Shown: in pieces, positions 35,422 through 46,955 of the stretch
Layout: each line of letters starts with the position of its first letter
How positions within the stretch are numbered: position 1 is the stretch's first letter
NCBI GenBank assembly: GCA_002269645.1
Contig: NIVC01001519.1
Coordinates: 186,001 to 250,000, forward strand
DNA: 64,000 bases
Source of the DNA: Macrostomum lignano
Lineage: Eukaryota
Direction: 5' to 3'
Program-made: the position numbers and the translations under genes
The notes under the pieces: generated by a model
The model's database searches: none
What the model was told of the DNA's origin: nothing
The model's input: the letters and a program-made list of their open reading frames with translations, nothing else

Positions 35422-35689
35422 AAACTTCATCTTCTATCAGCTGCTTAGCCTGCTCCAGCTCAGCGACTGAGAGCTAGCAACCCCCCCCCCCAAACTCTCT
35501 CGGAGCAACAGTCCGCACAACCTCAATCCTATCGATGACCACCGATCAGAAAAGAATATAAGCGCATTGATAAGTCACCGCATGTTGTGTTTTTTCGTTC
35601 GCGTCTTCCTTCACGCAGGCTAACATATGATTGAGAGATAAATTGATGAGCAGACAGACAGACACCGAGTCGGGTAAATGAAGACATAG

Positions 35690-35713
35690 ACAGATAAACA
35701 GACAGACAGATAA

Positions 35714-35760
<47 letters not shown>

Positions 35761-36001
35761 GGTAGGTAGACAGACCAAGTAGTTTGCACCTGAGTTAATT
35801 TTACAGCCCGAAGCAGGAAAAGATAAAACCTGTTCTTGATTAGACAGACAACTATCATATAGGCATAGTTGACACACACACAGCTGCCAAGCAGCGTCAC
35901 CGACGTGAAACCCGGTTTCTCTACCAACTATAATCAAGCGAGCAACCTCCACGCTGCAGCCAATATTCTCTTACCATCGCAGCCGTCACCCCACTCACCC
36001 C

Positions 36002-36094
<93 letters not shown>
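35690..36094. repeat. (ACAG)n at ~35690-35762 and (CT)n at ~36006-36094
   Basis: Direct reading. Confidence 0.9.
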
Positions 36095-36097
<3 letters not shown>

Positions 36098-37047
36098 TCG
36101 AATCGATTGCCAGCCAGCGCTGGGAGAAGAGGAGCGAGCAGGATGAGGATTAGAATAAGTAAAGAATTAGAGCCGTGTTTTAGAACTACAGAGAGAGACT
36201 CGGCCAGGGTCGGGGAATGAGGGGAGAGAGTTGGGAGGGGAGGGGCGGTGGAGCGATTGAGACTAGCGCAGGAGATTTTTTGGATGGCTGAGAAGACCTA
36301 AGCGAGGGGACTTCTCCCAGGGTGCAGGAGAGAGAGAGAGTGAGTATAAGCAGCCGGGCAGGGGGCAAGGAGAAAAAAGAGATGAAGAGATGGCGCGAGT
36401 AGTAGCCGGAGGCGGGGGAGGCGGCGAGACTCTGGGGTTGGGGGGGTGAAAAATGAGCGGACAGAAGAATCTGAGGAGAAGGCGGCGGCGGTAGCGGGGA
36501 ACGACAGTCGGGTAAAGGGGAGAAAAGTATGGGAGGGGGATAAATGCAGACACGGTAAGCTGGTGGAAGTACTAGAAACACTGCAGAACACTATACAGAA
36601 GACGTAGAAGAGGAGAGGAGGGAAGGGCAGAGGAAGAGAGAGAAAGAAAAAAGAAAGAGTAGCCAATTTGACGAGGGCCGGCCACGCATGTGTCTGTAAT
36701 AACCTGTAATGATCGCGTGCTGGTAGCCCTCAACCTTCATCACACACGCACACACACAGCAGCTCACTACTCAAGTCTGCCCCAACCTACCCCATCCTCC
36801 CTAATCATCATCGCCATCCTCTTTCCACTGTATCAAGCAATGGGGAGAGGCGCACCTGCTGCGGAAACCAAAGAAAGAAAGAGAAGATGGACGCGGCAAA
36901 AAGGGGGAGGGGTGGGAGATCTGTCACAAATCTTTTGCTCACTTTCCACAAAACAGGCACGAACTTCAGCGTGCATTGTTACGGCTGATTAGAGCTGTCA
37001 GCTGCCGACGGACTGGCCTCTATCCTTCCTTCCTTCCTTCCTTCCTA

Positions 37048-37118
37048 TCTATCTATCTATCTATCTATCTATCTGTCTGTCTGTCTATCCATCTATCTAT
37101 CTGTCTATCTATCTATCC

Positions 37119-37158
<40 letters not shown>

Positions 37159-37326
37159 GTCTGTCTATCCATCTATCTATCTGTCTATCTATCTATCAAT
37201 CTATCTATCTGTCTATCTATCTATCTATCCATCTATCTATCTGTCTATCTATCTATCTATCTATCCATCTATCTATCTATCTATCTATCTATCCATCTAT
37301 CTATCTGTCTATCTATCTATCTATCC

Positions 37327-37409
<83 letters not shown>

Positions 37410-37574
37410 CATCTATCTATCTGTCTATCTATCTATCCATCTATCTATCTATTTATCTATCTATCTATCCATCTATCTATCTGTCTATCAATCTATCAAT
37501 CTATCAATCTATCTATCTGTCTATCTATCTATCTATCAATCAATCTATCTATCTATATATCTACTCGTATCTAT

Positions 37575-37619
<45 letters not shown>

Positions 37620-37690
37620 AATCAATCTACCAATGAATATATCTATCTATCTGTCTATCTGTCTACTATCTATATATCTATCTAATTTTA
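37048..37690. repeat. Long (TATC)n-type microsatellite (~640 bp)
   Basis: Direct reading; accounts for the IYLS pseudo-ORF. Confidence 0.95.
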
Positions 37691-37959
37691 ATCTGACTAT
37701 CTATATACAAATGCTGAAAAAGGTGTTTTACGTTCTGCGGGTAATTAACCCGCCACAATTTATACTACTGTTTGGTCAGCGTATAATGGCGAATGGCAAG
37801 AAAAATTTTACTAGCTACAACTATTAGATTATAATTATTAGATTATAATAGGAGTCCAGATTCTCAGCATACTTAGTTCTGCAAGAACTAGCCACAAATA
37901 AACTGAGTTTCTTCTCTGTTGTGCTTTTTTGTCCGGTCAGATAAGTTTCACTGGCTTCT

Positions 37960-38190
37960 GAGCAATTCCCCATGAGCACTGGCATCTAAGCAATTTCCCA
38001 TGAGCACTGGCATCTGAGCAATTCTCGATGAGAACTGGCATCTGAGCAATTATCGATGAGAACTGGCATCTGAGCAATTATCGATGAGCACTGGCATCTG
38101 AGCAATTCTCTATGAGCACTGGCATCTGAGCAATTCTCGATGAGAACTGGCATCTGAGCAATTCTCTATGAGCACTGGCATCTGAGAAGT
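37960..38190. repeat. 28-bp minisatellite
   Basis: TGAGCACTGGCATCTGAGCAATTCTCGA units. Confidence 0.9.
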
Positions 38191-38744
38191 TCCTCACTAG
38201 ACTGTCTAATACCTCCGTAGATATGCCAATATGTCAAAGCATTTTTAGAGAAGATTTAACCAGCCCTGCAGTGAGAAATATGCACCGGTAGAGACACGCA
38301 GAATCGAAAAGCAATAATAAGCACTGGAGGAAGAAATTGGCTAGGGGAAAAACACACACACCCGAGGGAGTGAGCAGAGAAGAGTTGTACGCATCAAGAT
38401 GAATTTTGCGCTAGCAGAAAATGCCAGAAGCGGATAGCATTAAGCTGACTCTCTTTCCCTTGCTAGTCTACACCTGCTCTCCTTAACATCAGAACTCTGA
38501 CCTACATGGTTGGCCCCACACCCAAAATCCCCTATCTGTTTTGCTTACCCAGGTAACACAGGGGAAATGGGGAGACTGCCGAGTGAATATGGGGCTTTTG
38601 GCTTCATCGGGCTTCGGTTAGAAAGTTCAATATTGAATCGGACTGGCTGAGAACAATAGTTGCATCGCGGAGGCGGGAAATTTTTGCGGGATCTTAATCT
38701 CATATCGGCAAAAGCACGTTCTTTTATAGCTCGTAGCGTCAAAA

Positions 38745-39780
38745 CTCCACGGACCTAAACTTAAGACCTAAACTTAAAAAATCCAATATTATAAGACCTA
38801 AAAATTCATGACCTAAATATAACTAGACGTAAATTCCACTAGATCTAAATTTCACTGGACCTAAATTTCACTGGACCTAAATTTCACTAGACCTAAATTC
38901 CACTGGACCTAAATTCCAGTAGATCTAAATTTCACTAGACCTAAATTCCAGTAGATCTAAATTTCACTAGACCTAAATTCCACTGGACCTAAATTCCAGT
39001 AGATCTAAATTTCACTAGACCTAAATTTCACTGAACCTAAATTCCAGTAGATCTAAATTTCACTAGACCTAAATTCCAGTAGATCTAAATTTCACTAGAC
39101 CTAAATTCCACTAGACCTAAATTCCAGTAGATCTAAATTTCACTAGACCTAAATTCCACTGGACCTAAATTCCAGTAGATCTAAATTTCACTAGACCTAA
39201 ATTCCACTGGACCTAAATTCCAGTAGATCTAAATTTCACTAGACCTAAATTTCACTGAACCTAAATTCCAGTAGATCTAAATTTCACTAGACCTAAATTC
39301 CAGTAGATCTAAATTTCACTAGACCTAAATTCCACTAGACCTAAATTCCAGTAGATCTAAATTTCACTAGACCTAAATTCCACTGGACCTAAATTCCAGT
39401 AGATCTAAATTTCACTAGACCTAAATTCCACTGGACCTAAATTCCAGTAGATCTAAATTTCACTAGACCTAAATTTCACTGAACCTAAATTCCAGTAGAT
39501 CTAAATTTCACTAGACCTAAATTCCAGTAGATCTAAATTTCACTAGACCTAAATTCCACTAGACCTAAATTCCAGTAGATCTAAATTTCACTAGACCTAA
39601 ATTCCACTGGACCTAAATTCCAGTAGATCTAAATTTCACTGGACCTAAATTTCACTACACAAATTTCACTAGATGTAAATTCACTAGATATAAACTTTAC
39701 AAGACCTAAATTTCACTACAATTAAATTTTACTGGACCTAAATTTCAGTTGATGTGACCTAAATTTCAGTTGATGTAAAT
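38745..39780. repeat. 16-bp minisatellite with 224-bp higher-order period
   Basis: GACCTAAATTCCACT(A/G) / GATCTAAATTTCACTA units; GAACCTAAA variant at 39033, 39257, 39481. Confidence 0.9.
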
Positions 39781-40289
39781 TAAAAAAAAACTTTAATTTT
39801 GCATTGCCTGAAAGTTTCAAGCATCCAATTTGAAAGCATGCATTCCGCTTACTGAAATTTAGGTCTTTGTGAATTTTGGGCATTTGAATAAGCTTTGTTC
39901 CCAGGCGATATGAATTTTGATTTTATTAAACCTATTAATAGGGAGAGAAAGACAAACAGAAGAACGAAAAAAGACTTTTCTTCTAGTTGAGTTGTGTTGG
40001 AGTACAGCGTACAACAGAAGATGCAAGTAATAAAAATATCAACCATAAAAATTTTAATTGCAAACGGTGATAACAGCAAAAAATTGCACATAAACTAAAT
40101 ACATAAATACACACCATACATACATACAATATTGCGTGACCTAACAGTAAGACACAAATTCACTACATACTACTGCTTTGCTGCTTAACCGGTCAACGCA
40201 CATTGGGTCGTGCGTCTATGCAGAAAAAATGTTGAATCAACAGCATTGTAGCATATTTGTCACACGATGCTTTCTCAATGTACTCTTGA

Positions 40290-43200
40290 GACGATTCTCT
40301 TGGTAGTTTAGAGACGATTCTCTTGGTAGTTTAGAGACGATTCTCTTGGTAGTTTAGAGACGATTCTAATTGTACTTTAGAGACGATTCTCTTGGTAGTT
40401 TAGAACGATTATCTTGGTAGTTTAGAGACGATTCTCTTGGTAGTTTAGAACGATTATCTTGGTAGTTTAGAGACGATTCTCTTGGTAGTTTAGAGACGAT
40501 TCTCTTGGTAGTTTAGAGACGATTATCTTGGTAGTTTAGAGACGATTATCTTGGTAGTTTAGAGACGATTCTAATTGTACTTTAGAGACGATTCTCTTGG
40601 TAGTTTAGAGACGATTATCTTGGTAGTTTAGAGACGATTATCTTGGTAGTTTAGAGACGATTCTAATTGTACTTTAGAGACGATTCTCTTGGTAGTTTAG
40701 AGACGATTATCTTGGTAGTTTAGAGACGATTCTAATTGTACTTTAGAGACGATTCTCTTGGTAGTTTAGAGACGATTATCTTGGTAGTTTAGAGACGATT
40801 CTAATTGTACTTTAGAGACGATTCTCTTGGTAGTTTAGAGACGATTATCTTGGTAGTTTAGAGACGATTATCTTGGTAGTTTAGAGACGATTCTAATTGT
40901 ACTTTAGAGACGATTATCTTGGTAGTTTAGAGACGATTATCTTGGTAGTTTAGAGACGATTATCTTGGTAGTTTAGAGACGATTCTAATTGTACTTTAGA
41001 GACGATTCTCTTGGTAGTTTAGAGACGATTATCTTGGTAGTTTAGAGACGATTCTAATTGTACTTTAGAGACGATTCTCTTGGTAGTTTAGAGACGATTA
41101 TCTTGGTAGTTTAGAGACGATTATCTTGGTAGTTTAGAGACGATTCTCTTGGTAGTTTAGAGACGATTCTCAGGGTAGTTTAGAGACGATTATCTTGGTA
41201 GTTTAGAGACGATTCTCTTGGTAGTTTAGAGACGATTCTCTTGGTAGTTTAGAGACGATTATCTTGGTAGTTTAGAGACGATTCTCTTGGTAGTTTAGAG
41301 ACGATTCTCTTGGTAGTTTAGAGACGATTATCTTGGTAGTTTAGAGACGATTCTCTTGGTAGTTTAGAGACGATTCTCTTGGTAGTTTAGAGACGATTCT
41401 CTTGGTAGTTTAGAGACGATTCTCTTGGTAGTTTAGAGACGATTATCTTGGTAGTTTAGAGACGATTCTCTTGGTAGTTTAGAGACGATTCACAGGCTAG
41501 TTTAGAGACGATTCTCAGGGTAGTTTAGAGACGATTCTCTTGGTAGTTTAGAGACGATTCACAGGCTAGTTTAGAGACGATTCACAGGCTAGTTTAGAGA
41601 CGATTATCTTGGTAGTTTAGAGACGATTCTCTTGGTAGTTTAGAGACGATTCTCAGGGTAGTTTAGAGACGATTCTCTTGGTAGTTTAGAGACGATTCAC
41701 AGGCTAGTTTAGAGACGATTATCTTGGTAGTTTAGAGACGATTCTCTTGGTAGTTTAGAGACGATTCTCAGGGTAGTTTAGAGACGATTCTCTTGGTAGT
41801 TTAGAGACGATTCACAGGCTAGTTTAGAGACGATTATCTTGGTAGTTTAGAGACGATTCACAGGCTAGTTTAGAGACGATTATCTTGGTAGTTTAGAGAC
41901 GATTCTCTTGGTAGTTTAGAGACGATTCTCAGGGTAGTTTAGAGACGATTCTCTTGGTAGTTTAGAGACGATTCACAGGCTAGTTTAGAGACGATTATCT
42001 TGGTAGTTTAGAGACGATTCTCTTGGTAGTTTAGAGACGATTCTCAGGGTAGTTTAGAGACGATTCTCTTGGTAGTTTAGAGACGATTCACAGGCTAGTT
42101 TAGAGACGATTCTCTTGGTAGTTTAGAGACGATTCACAGGCTAGTTTAGAGACGATTCTCTTGGTAGTTTAGAGACGATTCACAGGCTAGTTTAGAGACG
42201 ATTCTCTTGGTAGTTTAGAGACGATTCACAGGCTAGTTTAGAGACGATTCACAGGCTAGTTTCGAGACGATTCACAGGCTAGTCTAGAGGCGATTCTCAG
42301 GGTAGTTTAGAGACGATTCTCAGGGTAGTTTAGAGACAATTATCTTGGTAGTTTAGAGACGATTCTCTTGGTAGTTTAGAGACGATTATCTTGGTAGTTT
42401 AGAGACGATTCTCTTGGTAGTTTAGAGACGATTCACAGGCTAGTTTAGAGACGATTCTCAGGGTAGTTTAGAGACGATTCTCTTGGTAGTTTAGAGACGA
42501 TTCACAGGCTAGTTAAGAGACGATTCACAGGCTAGTTTAGAGACGATTATCTTGGTAGTTTAGAGACGATTCTCTTGGTAGTTTAGAGACGATTCTCAGG
42601 GTAGTTTAGAGACGATTCTCTTGGTAGTTTAGAGACGATTCACAGGCTAGTTTAGAGACGATTATCTTGGTAGTTTAGAGACGATTCTCTTGGTAGTTTA
42701 GAGACGATTCTCAGGGTAGTTTAGAGACGATTCTCTTGGTAGTTTAGAGACGATTCACAGGCTAGTTTAGAGACGATTATCTTGGTAGTTTAGAGACGAT
42801 TCACAGGCTAGTTTAGAGACGATTATCTTGGTAGTTTAGAGACGATTCTCTTGGTAGTTTAGAGACGATTCTCAGGGTAGTTTAGAGACGATTCTCTTGG
42901 TAGTTTAGAGACGATTCACAGGCTAGTTTAGAGACGATTATCTTGGTAGTTTAGAGACGATTCTCTTGGTAGTTTAGAGACGATTCTCAGGGTAGTTTAG
43001 AGACGATTCTCTTGGTAGTTTAGAGACGATTCACAGGCTAGTTTAGAGACGATTCTCTTGGTAGTTTAGAGACGATTCACAGGCTAGTTTAGAGACGATT
43101 CTCTTGGTAGTTTAGAGACGATTCACAGGCTAGTTTAGAGACGATTCTCTTGGTAGTTTAGAGACGATTCACAGGCTAGTTTAGAGACGATTCACAGGCT

Positions 43201-43335
43201 AGTTTCGAGACGATTCACAGGCTAGTCTAGAGGCGATTCTCAGGGTAGTTTAGAGACGATTTTCAGGGTAGTTTAGAGACAATTTTCAGGCTAGTCTAGA
43301 AGCGATTCTCAGGCTAGTCTAGAGACGATTATCAG
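40290..43335. repeat. ~3-kb 23-bp minisatellite with variant units
   Basis: GAGACGATTCTCTTGGTAGTTTA and four recurring variants. Confidence 0.95.
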
Positions 43336-43759
43336 GATAGTTTATTAATATCATAGAACTTTAAAATTTCAGTGTATATTGCATATGAGATTCCAAAAAG
43401 TCTCGATAAAAGCAAACATAGGCAAATAGCTAACTAATCTCCGACTTCGGAAGTTCTCCCTAAAAATAATAAATTTTATGGCTGTGGACTGCAATTTTTT
43501 CCATTATCCACGCTAGTCACTCCCTGTACTCAACCAAAGGGGAAACGCTAGACAGCCAGTGGCAGAATAAAGAGCAATTAAAGCAATTTTCCAGATCCAT
43601 ACAAAAGATTTTGCTAGCGACTCTGAAAAGTTCTAGAACAAGCAATTTTTTTGGAAAAAAGCACGCCCTAGTCACATGGAATTCAAAGACACAGCATAGT
43701 TTAAAAACAGACAAAAAAGCTAAGAACTTTTTAAAACTTAAATTTTTTTAAAACTTGCT

Positions 43760-44475
43760 TATGTCACCCATAGACTAAATGGCTTGTCTCACCCATAGAC
43801 TAAATGGCTTGTGTCACCCATAGACTACATGACTTGTGTCACCCATGGACTACATGACTTGTGTCACCCATAGACTACATGATTTTTGTCACCCATAGAC
43901 CAAATGGCTTGTCTCACCAATAGACTACATACATGACTTGTGTCACCCATAGACTAAATGGCTTGTCTCACCCATAGACTAAATGACTTGTGTCACCCAT
44001 AGACTACATGACTTGTGTCACCCATAGACTAAATGACTTGTGTCACCCATAGACTACATGACTTGTGTCACCCATAGACTACATGACTTGTGTCACCCAT
44101 AGACTAAATGGCTTGTCTCACCCATAGACTAAATGACTTGTGTCACCCATAGACTTAATGACTTGTGTCACCCATAGACTACATGACTTGTGTCACCCAT
44201 AGACTAAATGACTTGTGTCACCCATAGAATAAATGGCTTGTGTCACCCAGACTAAATGACTTGTGTCACCCATAGACTACATGACTTGTGTCACCCATAG
44301 ACTAAATGACTTGTGTCACCCATAGACTACATGACTTGTGTCACCCATAGACTAAATGACTTGTGTCACCCATAGAATAAATGGCTTGTGTCACCCAGAC
44401 TAAATGACTTGTGTCACCCATAGACTAAATGACTTGTGTCACCCATAGACTAAATGGCTTGTGTCACCCATAGAC
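43760..44475. repeat. 25-bp minisatellite
   Basis: GTCACCCATAGACTAAATGACTTGT units. Confidence 0.9.
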
Positions 44476-44849
44476 AATAGGGCCTTTGCCATAGACCAGC
44501 TGTTTATTGTTGAATACAAATCTATAGTATCTGCAACAGACAATCGCAATGCGCCGTCAAGAACCCACTCGAGGAACCGAATTTTTAATTTTTAAGCTAT
44601 TTTAAACGCAATTCTCACCTCAATCCATATTTTATAGCCTGTTACACATCCCGACCCCCAATCGAGCGAATCTCAATGCTTTCATCTCAGAACCCCTTTT
44701 CACTTACTCTGTCTGTCTGTCTGTTGCACCTCAAGTAGTTTAATTCATTAGCAGAGTTCAAAGAAAGGGCGTAACTCTAAGATTTATTTAAAAATTACTT
44801 TATATGAAGGCTCGATGTCTCAATGGCGGCGTTCTTTTGAGTTATAGAC

Positions 44850-45122
44850 ACTCGTCGTATGGACACTTACCCCTAAATTATGGACACTAACTCCTAAATC
44901 ATGGACACTTACCCCTAAATCATGGACACTAACTCCTAAATCATGGACACTAACTCCTAAATCATGGACACTAACTCCTAAATCACGGACACTTACCCCT
45001 AAATCATGGACACTAATTCTTAAATCATAAATACTAACTCCTAAATCATGGACACTAACTCCTAAATCATGGACAATTACCCCGGTGTTATAGACACCCA
45101 TCCTATGGACACTTAACCCCTT
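44850..45122. repeat. 21-bp minisatellite
   Basis: ATGGACACTAACTCCTAAATC units. Confidence 0.9.
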
Positions 45123-45252
45123 GGTCAAGGACCCGCAATTACGTCCATCATTGCTACACTTTTACCTGCCCAGTTGCAACTACCAACTGTCCTGCATTCA
45201 AGGCGGTCCCGATAAAAAACTTTCCCACACATCAACAAGAACACAGACTGAC

Positions 45253-46955
45253 CCAGTCGGACTCGTCAGCTTCGCTTGGTCTAGCGGATGCGGAACCGTC
45301 AGCTGATGACGACTCATCGGGTGCTCCAACTTCAAATACAACATCAATGTCGCCATTCGGTTTGTTATTATCGGTGCCGAACGCACCATCACCGTTCAGT
45401 GACGATTGGAGACTGTCGGTTCTCGGTAGCGACTTTCTTGGCCGGCCCTTCTTGCCGGGTGTTCCGCCACTGAGCAACAAAGAAAAACAAGTTAAACAAC
45501 TGCTAAACTACAACTAAACAATTGAGGATTTACGAGGCTGGCCCAGCAACTGAGCATCTGGGAGGCTGGCCCAGCAACTGAGGATTTGGGAGGTTGGCTT
45601 AGGAACTGACACTCTGGGAGGCTGGCTTAGCAACTGAGCATCTGGGAGGCTGGCCCAGCAACTGACACTCTGGGAGGCTGGCCCAGCAACTGACACTCTG
45701 AGAGGCTGGCCCAGCAACTGACACTCTGGGAGGCTGGCCCAGCAACTGAGCATCTGGGAGGCTGGCCCAGCAACAGCAACTGAGCATCTGGGAGGCTGGC
45801 CCAGCAACTGAGGATCTGCATGGGAGGCTGGCCCAGCAACTGAGGATCTGGGAAGCTGGCTCAGCAACTGACGATCTGGGAGGCTGGCCCAGCAACTGAG
45901 GATCTGGGAAGCTGGCTTAGCAACTGACACTCTGGGAGGCTGGCCCAGCAACTGGGGATCTGGGAGGCTGGTGGCTCAGCAACTGACGATCTGGGAGGCT
46001 GGCCCAGCAACTGAGGATCTGCATGGGAGGCTGGCCCAGCAACTGAGGATCTGGGAGGCTGGTGGCTCAGCAACTGACGATCTGGGAGGCTGGCCCAGCA
46101 ACTGAGGATCTGGGAAGCTGGCCCAGCAACTGAGCATCAGGAAGTGTGGAAACCATATCAAGATAACTTGTCGTGAATATATTCAATAAATAAGCAGCTT
46201 TGAATTAACCTTTTCTTCTTTTTCGACTCGTTAGCAGATTGGCTGGACGCCCCTTTTGAAGCGGGACGCTTCTTGGACTTGGGATTTCCGACTGCCGGGG
46301 GCGAATCGGCCGTGGCCGGCAGTGTCGGCGTGTCGGAGGCCGCACCGTCGATGACATCATCGAAGCAGTTCGGCTCTGTGCCTATCGCCGGCAACTCGGC
46401 GTCATCATCTATACTAGCAAACGCTTCTTCTTCTTTACGTTTCTGCTTTCGCTTGTTTTTCTTGTTCTTTTTCGAGTCTTTATTAAAATTATTATTGGAA
46501 GATTCGTCTTCGTCTGGGGAGGCGGAGACCGGCTCTCTGCTAGGCTTGGCCTTCTTAGCGGCGAGCACGCCGGCAAGGGTGTCGTCAAGCGTCGACATCG
46601 ACGACGAACGTCCCTCGTCGGCGACAACGTCGTCAGATGCACGTCGACGTTTGGACTTTTTCTTTTTCTTTTTGTTCGACTTCCGGACGGCGGCAACGTC
46701 GATATCAACGTCGGCGTCAAGACTATCGGCGTCGACATTGGCAGATTGCGATTCGCCCTGTTTAGTTGGCCTCTGTCGCCGACGGTTGTGACTTGATGAT
46801 TGAGGCGGCTGCGGTGGTAGCGGGCAGACTCGGATGACACGTGGCGGCGGCGGCGGCATCAGCTGTGGACTGGGCAGCTGGCCAACACAGTTGGCGGCAC
46901 TGGCGCTGTCAACAACAACAGAAGTCTGTAAAGCGCTACTCGAAGAACTGTCCAT
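45253..46955 (-). CDS. Lys-rich N-terminal exons, probably the start of the CHD gene
   Basis: Exon 46955-46210 (MDSSSS.., poly-Lys tracts) splices in phase 2 to 45469-45253 (SGGTPGKKGRPRK, AT-hook-like). Can join the core in frame through a small exon at 35175-35103, giving ~2617 aa in total; this link is inferred. Confidence 0.6.
45535..46135. repeat. 28-bp intronic minisatellite
   Basis: CTGGGAGGCTGGCCCAGCAACTGAGGAT units. Confidence 0.9.

Noticed and set aside
36976-37827. 283-aa IYLS-repeat ORF
   Set aside because: Read-through of a (TATC)n microsatellite.
23440-46135. CRISPR-like appearance of the 21-40 bp repeat arrays
   Set aside because: Units are directly tandem with no unique spacers, there are no cas genes, and they lie in eukaryotic introns.
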